From the NCBI GenBank assembly GCA_002310235.1, contig DBYO01000032.1:1462-65461 (forward strand): a stretch of 64,000 bases of DNA, given 5' to 3'. Each line of letters opens with the position of its first letter. The stretch's first letter is position 1. The translations under genes were made by a program, and so were the position numbers. This DNA comes from Bacteroidales bacterium UBA1184 (GTDB lineage Bacteria > Bacteroidota > Bacteroidia > Bacteroidales > ML635J-15). Positions 1 through 9,381 of the stretch are shown here, piece by piece. The notes below the pieces were generated by a model. That model saw only the letters and a program-made list of their open reading frames with translations, was not told where the DNA came from and made no database searches.

Positions 1-118
1 TATAAATATCTCTAGCTGCATTTCCAGGAATATAATAGTTGCTCGAAGTTATGCTTACCTGTGCGAATGCAGATATACATGCAAGCGAAAGTGCAGCAAT
101 TGTTAGTGCTTTTTTCAT
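1..118 (-). CDS. 5' end of a secreted-protein gene running off the left edge (partial)
   Basis: ATG at 118-116 (minus) opens an uninterrupted frame to position 1: MKKALTIAALSLACISAFAQVSITSSNYY... This is a typical Bacteroidota signal peptide. The ORF is below the size cut-off of the ORF track. Confidence 0.4.
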   Translation of the reverse strand, partial: MKKALTIAALSLACISAFAQVSITSSNYYIPGNAARDIY

Positions 119-126
119 GTCGAATC

Positions 127-537
127 CTAGTTGAATACTGTTTGTTCGTTGATTTCTATTGTAACATCAGCAGTCTTGTCGTTTTCGAGAACAAGAACAC
201 CCATACCTCTTCTTATCGGATGAGTTCTGTCGGCAGCTTTTGTAGCTTCAACCTTAAGAATTGATTCATATTTGAATTCATATTCCAGAATACCGTCAGA
301 TTTTGTGTATTGAGTGTCGGCTATGGATTTGGTTTCGTCTTTTAGGTAAACCATTGTGTGGGCGCTGTCCGAATTGTTTGCCTTTACTATTACCATAGCA
401 TCTTCAACTGGCTGTTTGTCAGTGTCAACGATTCTTACTATGGCTTTTGGTGCTGCAGGTCTTCTGCATCCCGACATAAAACTCATGGCTCCAAGCGCTA
501 CGGCTAAAACCAAAATTATTACAATATTTTTTTTCAT
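127..537 (-). CDS. hypothetical lipoprotein
   Basis: ORF 127..573. The internal ATG at 537 gives MKKNIVIILVLAVALGAMSFMSGC, a lipoprotein signal with a Cys lipobox. No recognisable catalytic motif. Confidence 0.6.
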   Translation of the reverse strand: MKKNIVIILVLAVALGAMSFMSGCRRPAAPKAIVRIVDTDKQPVEDAMVIVKANNSDSAHTMVYLKDETKSIADTQYTKSDGILEYEFKYESILKVEATKAADRTHPIRRGMGVLVLENDKTADVTIEINEQTVFN

Positions 538-608
538 ACTCATACTTGAAATTTTTGCTAATTTTACGCCCACAATATTAATAAAAAAAACAATATAAAT
601 TATTATTT

Positions 609-1490
609 GTGAAAAAAATATTGAGGATACTTATTGTGTGCATGTGCTGCATGGGACTTCTACAATCGTGTAGTCTTTTGCGTAATCCTTTAAAAATAAA
701 GAATTACGTAGAGGTGGAGACTACTAGTGGAAGTTTTGTGGTCGGTCTGTATCAGGGTACACCTGCGCATCGCGATAATTTCAAAGAAAAGTGTTCTTCA
801 AAGTTTTACGATGGCACAATGTTGTATAAGTCGGTGCGAAATAGCGAGTATTCGTTCGGTTTGCGTGATGGATATACGGAGACAAAAGTTTTGGAGTCTG
901 ACTTTAAAAATGGAACGTCTTTGCCAGCCGAATTCGATGCTAGGATTTTGCCCAGACGCGGAACTGTTGCTATGAAGCGAATGGAAGGTGCGCAAAACTC
1001 AGAAAAAAAATCGGATGCATGCTTGTTCTTTATTGTGGATGGTGGCACTAAAGTGACTGCAAGAGAAGTAAAGGCTGCTGTAGCATTGAAAAATCGTGAT
1101 ACCTATAAAATATATATAGATAAATTCCTTGCTTTGCCCGAAAATGCTAGTTTGAAGGATAGTCTAAATTCGTTGCGTTCTATGAGTACAATGAAACAAT
1201 ATAATGAGTTGTATGCTGAACTGATGAAAAAGGTTAAACCGCAGATCGAAAGCGATGGGGTCGAGTTGTTTTCGATTTCCGAAAAGAATATCGAAAAGTA
1301 TGTCGAAGAAGGAGGAGTCCCCATGTTTGAAGGATATTATACTGTTTTTGGCGAAATATCTGTTGGAATGGAAATCCTTGAAAAATTTTCGAAATTAGAG
1401 ACAAAAATAGATCGTTCACCCAAAGAGAAGATAACAATAGTTTCTACTAAAGTGTTGAATAAAAAAGAGTTTAAAAAGAAATATAATTAG
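609..1490 (+). CDS. cyclophilin-type peptidyl-prolyl isomerase-like lipoprotein (divergent)
   Basis: GTG start. Signal MKKILRILIVCMCCMGLLQSC. VETTSGSFVVGLYQGTPAHRDNFKEKCSSKFYDGT and YTVFGEISVGMEILEKF resemble cyclophilin core strands, but the HR/FMIQGG catalytic stretch is not conserved and there is a long insertion. Confidence 0.6.
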   Translation: MKKILRILIVCMCCMGLLQSCSLLRNPLKIKNYVEVETTSGSFVVGLYQGTPAHRDNFKEKCSSKFYDGTMLYKSVRNSEYSFGLRDGYTETKVLESDFKNGTSLPAEFDARILPRRGTVAMKRMEGAQNSEKKSDACLFFIVDGGTKVTAREVKAAVALKNRDTYKIYIDKFLALPENASLKDSLNSLRSMSTMKQYNELYAELMKKVKPQIESDGVELFSISEKNIEKYVEEGGVPMFEGYYTVFGEISVGMEILEKFSKLETKIDRSPKEKITIVSTKVLNKKEFKKKYN

Positions 1491-1496
1491 TTGAAT

Positions 1497-4442
1497 ATGA
1501 AAAGAATAGTTTTCTTACTTGTGGCGATGGCATATTGTGCAATCGTTTTTTCCCAGTCAAATAAGAGTCTTGAAGTTGTGCATTATGAATTGGCCAATGG
1601 ATTGAATGTTTATCTTAACGAAGATCCCAACGCATCGGTTGTTCTTGGTGCTGTTGCAATTAAGACTGGTGGAAAATACGATCCTGCCGACCATACAGGA
1701 ACATCGCATTATCTCGAACATATGATGTTTAAGGGTACCGATGAAATAGGTACTATCGACTACAAAACCGAAAAGGTTTACCTAGACAGCATTGCCATGA
1801 AGTATGACGAACTTGCAAAAGTATCTGACGATACCCGTCGCAAAGAAATCCAGAAAGAAATCAATGCTTTGTCGTTGAAAGCTGGAAAGTATGCAATTCC
1901 TAACGAACTCGACAAGTTGCTCGACGGTATGGGTGCTACAATGGTAAACGCTTTTACATCCGACGAAGTTGTTGCATATTTCAATGCGTTTCCTGTCGGT
2001 CAGATGCAAAAATGGATGGAACTCTATTCTCATCGTTTCAAACATCCGGTCTTCAGGTTGTTCCAGTCGGAATTGGAAACCGTATTTGAGGAGAAAAACA
2101 TGTATGCCGACGAATTTCAGTCTAATCTGATGGAGTCGTTTTTGTCGCATTTCTACAAAAATCATCCTTATGGAACGCAAACTGTTATAGGTACTGCCGA
2201 TCATATTAAAAATCCATCGCTTACTACCATGCAGAAAATGTACGACACATATTACGTCGCCAACAATATGGCATTGATAATGACAGGAAATTTCAAGGTG
2301 TCGGAAGTAAAACCTATGATTGAAAAGTATTTTGGTGAGTGGCGTAAGGGGGATGTGCCCGAATATCCGAAGTATGAGGAGAAGCCTTTCGATGGCGTGG
2401 AGAGGGTTGAAGTATCTATGTCGCCAATCAGGATAGGTGTTCTCGGTTATCGAACTGTGACAATGAAAGACAAGGCTATGTATGCTCTTTCGGTATGTCA
2501 GGCTTTGCTCAACAACTCATCATCAACTGGTTATTTAGACAAACTTATGAACGATGGAAAGTTGTTGGCAGCAATGGCTCTCAACAACGAGCGTCTCGAC
2601 CACGGTGGTATGATGGTGGTCTATGTGCCTAAAATTCTGGGACAGAAGTTTGACGATGCCGAAGCCTTGGTCGTGAATGAAATTAATCGTCTGCGCAACG
2701 AATATGTTGACAAAATGCAATTGGAAGCAATAAAACTCGAAATGATAAAGAATTTTGAACAGGAAATGGAAGATCCTGAAATGCGTGCATACAGAATGGG
2801 AGAGTGCTTTATTGCAGGAAAAGAGTGGGATGAAATTCTTGCTTATCCAAAAATCATTGAAAGTTTAACTCCTCAGGATATCAAGGAGGTGGCTGAAAAG
2901 TATTTAAATGACAACTATATTTCTTATCGTTCTAAGATGGGATTCCCCGATAAGGATAAGCTTGACAAGCCTGGATTTGACCCAGTTGTGCCCGAAAACG
3001 CTGAGGTTTCATCAGATTATGCTAAAAAGTTCGAGGAAATGTCTGTGAAGACTATGTTGCCCGAATTTGTTAAGGAAGGCAAAGACTACGAGTATTACGA
3101 TCTTGCAAAACCATTAAACGCAAAAAAAAGTAGTAGTAAGGAAGTTAAAAAGAATACACTTACTGATTTTGCAAGCGGCAGTGGTTTGTATTATTCCAAG
3201 TTCGATCAAAACGATATATTCAATATGGAGATTAAGTTTAAGACTGGTCTTAAGGATAATCCAAAATACGAGCAGTTAGCGTCTTATCTTCAGTATATCG
3301 GTACTTCGAAGTTGACAAATGATGAGTTTAACAAGGAACTGCAGAAATATGCCGCTTCATTCTATGTTTCGGTTGACGACAACTATTTTACAATTTCGAT
3401 AGATGGTTTCAATAAATTTTTCAAAGAGACTTTAAATTTGGTTTTTAGTCTGCTCTCCGATGCCAAAACCGATGATTCCAAACTCAGTAGAATTGCTGAA
3501 GAAGATGCTATGGGGCGTAAGATGGAGCGTAAGTCCACCGATGACGTCGCATCGGCATTGTTGCAATATGGTATATATGGCGAAAATTCAAAGTTTTTGC
3601 GTCGCACTAGCACAAAGGCTGTATCTAAAATTAACTCCGATGAGTTGATGGAGGCTCTCTCGCAAGTAAAGCAATATCCGTTTAACGTGCATTATTCAGG
3701 CAATCTAAAACCAGAAAGTGTCATTGCTGTGATTAAAACTATGCAAGTCGAAAGTGCAAAGCAAGATGTTGACAGAGAATTCCCCAAAGTACTTCCTGTA
3801 AAAGAATATACAGAAAATACAATATTGTTCCTCAACGACTCAAAGGCTTTGCAGAGCAAAATTTACTTCTATATAGAGGGTAATGTTCTTGACGATAAGC
3901 AGCTTGCAAACATGGATGCATTCAACCAGTATTTTGGAACTGGTATGTCGTCAATTGTGTTCCAGGAAATCAGAGAATTCCGTTCTATGGCATATACAGC
4001 GTATGCTGTAAGCCGTCCAGGTTTGACGAAGAAAGAAAAGTCAAAATTTGTAGCATTTATAGGTACGCAGAGCGATAAGACTATTGATGCAATCTCTGTG
4101 ATGACAAGACTTATCAACGATATGCCAATGAAAGAGAAGCGTATGCGTGGTGTAAAGGATTATTTGATGCAGTCGCTGTTGACTTCCAAACCCGATGAGC
4201 GCGAAATTACCGAAACTGTTGAAGGATGGAGACTTTTCGGATATAAGGATGATCCTCGCATTATGCAATACGACATTTATCAGTCGTTGGAATTTGATAA
4301 TATTGTTGATTATTACAAGCGGAACATTCATGGTCGTCCGATGCTTATAACAATAGTCGGTAACAAGAAGAAAATCGACATGAAAGAACTTGCAAAGTAT
4401 GGCAAAATTATTGAAGTAAAGCAGAAAACAATAATGAATTAA
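1497..4442 (+). CDS. M16 family (pitrilysin/insulinase-like) zinc peptidase, two fused halves
   Basis: HxxEH zinc motif in GTSHYLEHMMFKGT. Length ~981 aa with a second inactive-type half. Signal peptide MKRIVFLLVAMAYCAIVFSQ. ATG at 1497 preferred over TTG at 1491. Confidence 0.85.
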   Translation: MKRIVFLLVAMAYCAIVFSQSNKSLEVVHYELANGLNVYLNEDPNASVVLGAVAIKTGGKYDPADHTGTSHYLEHMMFKGTDEIGTIDYKTEKVYLDSIAMKYDELAKVSDDTRRKEIQKEINALSLKAGKYAIPNELDKLLDGMGATMVNAFTSDEVVAYFNAFPVGQMQKWMELYSHRFKHPVFRLFQSELETVFEEKNMYADEFQSNLMESFLSHFYKNHPYGTQTVIGTADHIKNPSLTTMQKMYDTYYVANNMALIMTGNFKVSEVKPMIEKYFGEWRKGDVPEYPKYEEKPFDGVERVEVSMSPIRIGVLGYRTVTMKDKAMYALSVCQALLNNSSSTGYLDKLMNDGKLLAAMALNNERLDHGGMMVVYVPKILGQKFDDAEALVVNEINRLRNEYVDKMQLEAIKLEMIKNFEQEMEDPEMRAYRMGECFIAGKEWDEILAYPKIIESLTPQDIKEVAEKYLNDNYISYRSKMGFPDKDKLDKPGFDPVVPENAEVSSDYAKKFEEMSVKTMLPEFVKEGKDYEYYDLAKPLNAKKSSSKEVKKNTLTDFASGSGLYYSKFDQNDIFNMEIKFKTGLKDNPKYEQLASYLQYIGTSKLTNDEFNKELQKYAASFYVSVDDNYFTISIDGFNKFFKETLNLVFSLLSDAKTDDSKLSRIAEEDAMGRKMERKSTDDVASALLQYGIYGENSKFLRRTSTKAVSKINSDELMEALSQVKQYPFNVHYSGNLKPESVIAVIKTMQVESAKQDVDREFPKVLPVKEYTENTILFLNDSKALQSKIYFYIEGNVLDDKQLANMDAFNQYFGTGMSSIVFQEIREFRSMAYTAYAVSRPGLTKKEKSKFVAFIGTQSDKTIDAISVMTRLINDMPMKEKRMRGVKDYLMQSLLTSKPDEREITETVEGWRLFGYKDDPRIMQYDIYQSLEFDNIVDYYKRNIHGRPMLITIVGNKKKIDMKELAKYGKIIEVKQKTIMN

Positions 4443-4450
4443 TTCGGTAT

Positions 4451-5728
4451 ATGCGTATTAGGTTCGAAATATTATTGTTGGCACTTGTTGCTTTTTCGCT
4501 GTCCGTCTTTTCGCAGGGCAGGATAAAGGTGATGAGTTACAACTTGTTGAATTTCAATAATCTTACAAGTTATTGTACGGCAGAAAACAATTCATACCAA
4601 ACTAAGGCTGGCTATCTGGCGACCATTGTCGCCAATCAGCAGCCAGACATACTTTGTTGCTGCGAAGTAGGCAAAAGTCATCAATCATTGGCATATACAA
4701 TTTCGTATATACTAGGCAACTCGCTGAATGTCAATGGAGTTAATCGTTGGGCATCGGCATCGGCATCGGGAAACGAATATCTTAATAATGCTCTTTTTTA
4801 CGACAAAAAGAAACTGATACTTGTTGCCCAAACCAAAGTCAATACCGATATTCGCGAGATAAACATCTACAAACTGAAACATATTTCAACTGGTGACACT
4901 TTAAAGGTTGCAATTGCTCATCTAAAGGCTGGTGATGAATATCATTGTTCAGAATGTCCTGCGCAACGCGGAACAGAAATTCAAGATTTTATGAACTATC
5001 TGGTTACACAGGGCAACAACGACAATTTTATTGTCTGTGGCGACTTCAATGTTTATAAGGCATCGGAGCCTGCGTTCCAGAACCTTGTGAATCCTTCGTA
5101 TATGCCCATTGCATTCTACGACCCTGTAAACCAAATGGGAAACTGGAATGGAAACGAGAACTTTAGCGAATACCATACACAATCTACGCATAGTGGCAAC
5201 ACCAACTGTTTTTCTGGTGGCGGTATGGACGACCGCTTTGACTTCATACTTATGTCGGGTAGCATAATCAACGGAACCAAAGGTATAACATATCATCCAA
5301 ACTCGTATTGGGCAGTGGGACAGGACGGAAATAGGTTCAATGGTGCTATCAATTCGCCTCAGAACAATACTTTGCCGTCAAATGTAATCGATGCGTTATA
5401 CAACATGAGCGACCATCTTCCTGTGGTCGCAGAATTCGATTTTGGTGATGTCGGCTTTGCTTCGGAATCGACCGATGCTGGTTTCCTGTCGATAGTGCAG
5501 AACCCAGTATCCGATGTGTTGACCATGAGGATTAGAACAGAAAAACCTCGTGAGGTGTCGGTGGATATATATTCTTCACTTGGTGTATTGTTGCGTCATT
5601 ACCAAGAGAATGTACTAGCTGACGAGGTACTCGAATACGATGTTGCCGACTTGCCCAACGGTGCATATATTGTGAATGTAAGGTCGGAAGGCGTATCGGT
5701 TTCGCATAGGGTGATAAAAGCTGAATAA
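4451..5728 (+). CDS. endonuclease/exonuclease/phosphatase (EEP) family protein with T9SS C-terminal sorting domain
   Basis: N-terminal signal. EEP-like blocks (KVMSYNLLNF, VCGDFN, SDHLPV). C-terminus VQNPVSDVLTMRI...VDIYSSLGVLL...LPNGAYIVNV is a T9SS CTD pattern. Confidence 0.75.
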   Translation: MRIRFEILLLALVAFSLSVFSQGRIKVMSYNLLNFNNLTSYCTAENNSYQTKAGYLATIVANQQPDILCCCEVGKSHQSLAYTISYILGNSLNVNGVNRWASASASGNEYLNNALFYDKKKLILVAQTKVNTDIREINIYKLKHISTGDTLKVAIAHLKAGDEYHCSECPAQRGTEIQDFMNYLVTQGNNDNFIVCGDFNVYKASEPAFQNLVNPSYMPIAFYDPVNQMGNWNGNENFSEYHTQSTHSGNTNCFSGGGMDDRFDFILMSGSIINGTKGITYHPNSYWAVGQDGNRFNGAINSPQNNTLPSNVIDALYNMSDHLPVVAEFDFGDVGFASESTDAGFLSIVQNPVSDVLTMRIRTEKPREVSVDIYSSLGVLLRHYQENVLADEVLEYDVADLPNGAYIVNVRSEGVSVSHRVIKAE

Positions 5729-5730
5729 AT

Positions 5731-6198
5731 ATGGAAGGCGAATATGCAGAACTGATGAAGCGCCTGAAACGTCTCGACGGCAAGAAACTTGACGCGTTGT
5801 TTCATCGTATGCACGACGAGGAGTCGGAAAAGATCGACTGCCTGCAATGCGCAAATTGCTGCCGGAGCCTTGGCCCTCGGTTCATACAGAACGACATCGC
5901 ACGCATGGCTTCTCACCTTAAAATGAAGGAATCTGCCTTTATCGACCAGTATCTGCGCATCGACGAGGACGGCGACTATGTTTTCAAGTCTATGCCTTGC
6001 CCTTTCCTTATGCCCGACAACTACTGCATGCTCTACAATTCGCGCACTAAGGCTTGCCGCGAGTATCCGCATACCGATTCAAAAAACATAAAAAGCATAT
6101 TGAAAATCTGTGAGTTAAATGCACAGACTTGTCCTATTGTGAAGAATATATTTGAAAGGATTAGAAAAAACGATTATGATCTTCTTAGACGGTTGTAG
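5731..6198 (+). CDS. YkgJ family cysteine-cluster (CxxCxxCC) protein
   Basis: CLQCANCC motif plus downstream CPFL and ACREYP cysteines, as in the UPF0153/YkgJ family. Confidence 0.7.
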   Translation: MEGEYAELMKRLKRLDGKKLDALFHRMHDEESEKIDCLQCANCCRSLGPRFIQNDIARMASHLKMKESAFIDQYLRIDEDGDYVFKSMPCPFLMPDNYCMLYNSRTKACREYPHTDSKNIKSILKICELNAQTCPIVKNIFERIRKNDYDLLRRL

Positions 6199-7318
6199 TC
6201 CGTCTTACCATATCGTCGGCAATTCGTCTGTAAACGCCCTTTTCTCCAAGACGCCCGTATAGTTCCTTGTAGTCGTTTTCGATGGTTGCTCGCTTTTCGC
6301 CGCCAACAATTATTTTGCCGAGTTCGTCTGTGGCATTGCCTACGGTGAGGTCGTCCTGGATAAGTTCGCGTACGCTTGGCTTGTCGAGGATAAGGTTTAC
6401 CAGCGATATGTATTTTACTCCCGAAAAACGCGATACCTGTCTGGCTATGAATACTGAAAATGCATCGGCCTTGTAGCAGACAACCTGCGGAACACCGAAC
6501 AATGCAGCTTCGAGTGTGGCTGTTCCTGAGGTTACTAATCCAGCTTCGGCGTGGGAGAGGATTTCGTAGGTGCTGTTGAACAGGAGTTCAACATTTTCAG
6601 GTTTCTGGACAAGGAATTGATCGTAGTATTCCTTGTTGATGGCTGGTGCGCCAGTGATTAGAAACTCGTATTGTGGATAATTTTTTGCTGTTTCGAGCAT
6701 TACGGGCAGCATTCTGCTTATTTCCTGCTTGCGACTGCCTGCCATTGTGGCTATAATCGGCTTGTCGGGCAGATTGTGCATCTGGCGGAATTCGTCAATG
6801 CTTTTGGCTTTGTATGACGAAGTTACATCGACAAGCGGATGACCGTAGTATTCGACATCGATGTTGTATTTTGCGTAGAAAGCCTTTTCGAATGGAAGGA
6901 TAGTGTACATACGGTCGGTGTTGTCGCGAACCTTATAAACACGGTTAGCCTTCCATGCCCACACGTTGGGCGAAATGAAGTACAATACCTTGAAGCCTTG
7001 TTTCTTGGCCCATTTCGCAATTCGGAAGTTGAACCCAGGGTAGTCGACAAGTACGAGAGCATCTGGACGGAAGTCGGTAATCTGCTGTTTTACAAGCTTT
7101 ATGTTCGCAAAAATTGTCGAAAGGTTCTTTGCAACTTCGACGAAGCCCATAAAGGCGAGGTCGCGTATGTGTTTGTGCAGTTTTACGCCTTGGGCAGCCA
7201 TAAGGTCGCCGCCCCAGCCTTCGATGGTGGCTTCGGTGTCGGCAGCTTTTATCTGCTCGACAAGGAAAGACCCGTGCAGGTCGCCCGATGCTTCTCCGGC
7301 AATTACGAAATATCTCAT
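6185..7318 (-). CDS. lpxB: lipid-A-disaccharide synthase
   Basis: MRYFVIAGEASGDLHG N-terminus typical of LpxB (GT19). Start moved to the ATG at 7318; the 42-codon upstream extension overlaps the neighbouring gene. Confidence 0.9.
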   Translation of the reverse strand: MRYFVIAGEASGDLHGSFLVEQIKAADTEATIEGWGGDLMAAQGVKLHKHIRDLAFMGFVEVAKNLSTIFANIKLVKQQITDFRPDALVLVDYPGFNFRIAKWAKKQGFKVLYFISPNVWAWKANRVYKVRDNTDRMYTILPFEKAFYAKYNIDVEYYGHPLVDVTSSYKAKSIDEFRQMHNLPDKPIIATMAGSRKQEISRMLPVMLETAKNYPQYEFLITGAPAINKEYYDQFLVQKPENVELLFNSTYEILSHAEAGLVTSGTATLEAALFGVPQVVCYKADAFSVFIARQVSRFSGVKYISLVNLILDKPSVRELIQDDLTVGNATDELGKIIVGGEKRATIENDYKELYGRLGEKGVYRRIADDMVRRTTTV

Positions 7319-7629
7319 TTCATGAATGTGAGTACGACAAATATCAGCGTGTAGATTACCAGCGAGTAAACAAGTCCCTTGACTGCATACCAGTAGTCCA
7401 ACTTCTTGAAAATGAAGTAGGGGATAAGGTCGGCGAAAACGCAAAGACTAGGTGGCAATATCGACTTTATTTCGATAAGCCTGTTTATGAAATCGACAAA
7501 TCCCCATCCGTACATGAAGTGTTCGATAAGGAAATAGATGAAAAAGGCTATTATTGGAACAATTATTCCAACCAACATGCCAAAAATTGGCTTGTTGAAT
7601 CTCTTTATCATGTTAGGTCTGGCTTCCAT
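7315..7629 (-). CDS. small integral membrane protein, unknown function
   Basis: 104 aa with three hydrophobic segments. ATGA overlap with the lpxB start, sandwiched between surE and lpxB. Confidence 0.6.
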   Translation of the reverse strand: MEARPNMIKRFNKPIFGMLVGIIVPIIAFFIYFLIEHFMYGWGFVDFINRLIEIKSILPPSLCVFADLIPYFIFKKLDYWYAVKGLVYSLVIYTLIFVVLTFMK

Positions 7630-7630
7630 A

Positions 7631-8398
7631 TTATAAATTCCATTTTTTTAGTTCGTCAATCATTTTGTATTCGGTAAAATCGGCTCGCACGGGAACTATT
7701 GCTGCGTAATTTTCGGCAAGTGCATTTTCGTCGCATTCGGTATTTTCGGGTTCCATATTAATAATATGTCCGCGCTGGTAATATGCCAAATTCCCGAATC
7801 GGTCGGTCGTTTCTTCAAAGTCCTCGAACCAGTAGCTCTTTGTCTGTGTACATATTTTGAAACCTTTGAATTCTGCAGGAGTTGTCACTGGGTAGTTTAC
7901 ATTGAGGCTTACCTGATTGGGCAGTCCGTGTTCAAGTACTTTTTCGATAAGTGCCGGTGCTGTTTTTTCTACAACTTCAAAATCTGCATCTAGGTCGTGG
8001 GTAATAATTGAAAGACCGATAGATGGTATTCCGTAGAATGATGCCTCGATTGCTGCGCCCATTGTACCCGAGTAAACAACGCTTATTGCTGAGTTAGATC
8101 CGTGGTTTATTCCCGACAGCATAAGGTCTGGTTTGCGAGGAAGAATCTTTGTCAGCGCACCTTTTACACAATCTACCGGAGTGCCGTACAGTACATATTT
8201 TTCAAGATTTTTGCTGCTATGCCTGATTTCGTATCTAATTGGGGTTGTCAGCGAAACGGAGTGAGATTTTCCCGATTGGGCATTTACGGGGGCTACAACC
8301 ACTAATTTTCCGTATGGCTGTGCTATGCGTATAAGCGATTCGATACCTTTCGATGATATTCCGTCGTCGTTTGATATTAGTATTAGGCGTTCTTCCAT
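7631..8398 (-). CDS. surE: 5'/3'-nucleotidase SurE
   Basis: ILISNDDGISSKGIESL N-terminal motif and GINHGSN block characteristic of SurE. Confidence 0.9.
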   Translation of the reverse strand: MEERLILISNDDGISSKGIESLIRIAQPYGKLVVVAPVNAQSGKSHSVSLTTPIRYEIRHSSKNLEKYVLYGTPVDCVKGALTKILPRKPDLMLSGINHGSNSAISVVYSGTMGAAIEASFYGIPSIGLSIITHDLDADFEVVEKTAPALIEKVLEHGLPNQVSLNVNYPVTTPAEFKGFKICTQTKSYWFEDFEETTDRFGNLAYYQRGHIINMEPENTECDENALAENYAAIVPVRADFTEYKMIDELKKWNL

Positions 8399-8425
8399 AC
8401 GCGGTTGATTAAAAATATCTTACAT

Positions 8426-8455
8426 AAAAAAAGGTGCCAGATTTCCTGCCACCTT
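8426..8455 (-). terminator. rho-independent terminator downstream of the tRNA
   Basis: Arms 8431-8440 (aaggtgccag) and 8446-8455 (ctgccacctt) pair with one C:C mismatch. On the minus strand they are followed by a run of 7 T (plus A-run 8426-8432). Confidence 0.6.
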
Positions 8456-8459
8456 TTCG

Positions 8460-8533
8460 TGGTCCCACTAGGGCTTGAACCTAGGACCCCCTGATTATGA
8501 GTCAGGTGCTCTAACCAACTGAGCTATGGGACC
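8460..8533 (-). tRNA. tRNA with CAT anticodon (elongator Met or lysidine-modified Ile2)
   Basis: The reverse complement GGTCCCATAGCTCAGTTGGTTAGAGCACCTGACTCATAATCAGGGGGTCCTAGGTTCAAGCCCTAGTGGGACCA folds as a cloverleaf (7/4/5/5 bp stems) with anticodon loop CTCATAA. There is no 3xGC anticodon stem and no C1:A72 mismatch, so it is not an initiator. CCA is not encoded. Confidence 0.9.
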
Positions 8534-8556
8534 TCGTTCCTTTCGGAAACGGACTG

Positions 8557-8564
8557 CAAAAGTA
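8557..8564 (-). promoter_or_regulatory. Bacteroidota -7 promoter box (TACTTTTG) for the tRNA
   Basis: Plus-strand caaaagta equals TAnnTTTG on the minus strand, about 24 nt upstream of the tRNA 5' end. Confidence 0.45.
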
Positions 8565-8702
8565 CTGCAAAAAAATTATAGTGCAAAATTATTTTCCATT
8601 TTTTTTGAAAAATGATTTAATGCTCATTTTTTTTGATTTTTTCGACTGATGCAAAATTTTACATCTTAATCGTTGAATACATTGCGACGATACATTGAAC
8701 AA

Positions 8703-8728
8703 TAGAGCCGTTGCACGCAACGGCTCTA
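8703..8728. repeat. GC-rich palindromic hairpin, copy 1 of a two-copy element
   Basis: tagagccgttgcacgcaacggctcta has 11-12 bp arms. The core cgttgcacgcaacg and the trailing ctctacaat are repeated at 58065-58090. Confidence 0.7.
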
Positions 8729-8751
8729 CAATGTGATATTGTTTGAATTTG

Positions 8752-8806
8752 TTTTTAAATCTTTAAATCATTGAATCTTTAAATCATTAAATTCTTGAAT
8801 CCTCAA
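8752..8806. repeat. degenerate 7-8 nt A/T-rich tandem repeat (TTTAAATC/TTGAATC type)
   Basis: tttttaaatctttaaatcattgaatctttaaatcattaaattcttgaatcc read directly. The same family occurs at 10921, 16627, 19477 and 58085. Confidence 0.7.
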
Positions 8807-9288
8807 TTAACTATTATCAATCCTGTGCTGTCGGTGTTGCTTTTGTTGCCAGCGCGATCAATAATGTAGAATTTGTACATTATGGTGTCGCCAAACGACA
8901 TTGCATATTCATTAAGTTCTTCGATTTTCATGTCGCCACTCACTGATTGTTTCTTGTCGTCCTTGTAGATGCGCTCTACGAAGTAGTTCAAATCGACAAG
9001 CAATTCCATCTGCGTAAGCACGTTGTTTACCATCTTGTGCTTGGTCATGAATATGGTATTTTTTCGTGGAGTGATTGTATCGAATCCAATGTCGCCATCG
9101 CCGTCGGTGAACGAGAAGGTGAGGGTGCCACGCTTGACGGTGTTGCCAAGAAGCACCGTGTCGGCAAATGTGAATTCCTTGAAAGTCACTGTCGGCTCGT
9201 CGGGATATTCCTCTTCGGGTTTGCACGACGGCATTATTGCCGATGCAAGAAGCAGCAAAACCATATATGTTGTAAGGCGCTTGCGCAT
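8803..9288 (-). CDS. hypothetical lipoprotein
   Basis: The ATG at 9288 gives MRKRLTTYMVLLLLASAIMPSC (lipobox). The ORF-track start at 9306 lies inside the predicted -7 box. Confidence 0.6.
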   Translation of the reverse strand: MRKRLTTYMVLLLLASAIMPSCKPEEEYPDEPTVTFKEFTFADTVLLGNTVKRGTLTFSFTDGDGDIGFDTITPRKNTIFMTKHKMVNNVLTQMELLVDLNYFVERIYKDDKKQSVSGDMKIEELNEYAMSFGDTIMYKFYIIDRAGNKSNTDSTGLIIVN

Positions 9289-9303
9289 ATCAGAAATTTT
9301 AGG

Positions 9304-9311
9304 CAAAGATA
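9304..9311 (-). promoter_or_regulatory. -7 promoter box TATCTTTG
   Basis: Plus-strand caaagata, 16 nt upstream of the ATG at 9288. Confidence 0.45.
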
Positions 9312-9381
9312 ATGAATTTTTACAAAAAAAGCGGACACTTTCGCATACGCTCCAAAATGTGATATATCTTTTCTATTAAAT

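Noticed and set aside
7319-7444. 42-codon N-terminal extension of lpxB in the ORF track
   Set aside because: The conserved LpxB N-terminus begins at the ATG at 7318. The extension overlaps the upstream membrane-protein gene, which ends in an ATGA coupling with that ATG.
8399-8802. tRNA-adjacent 400-nt gene-free region as a possible genomic-island integration site
   Set aside because: There is no integrase, recombinase or phage gene anywhere in the window. I noticed no direct repeat of the tRNA 3' end by eye. Flanking genes are ordinary envelope and housekeeping genes.
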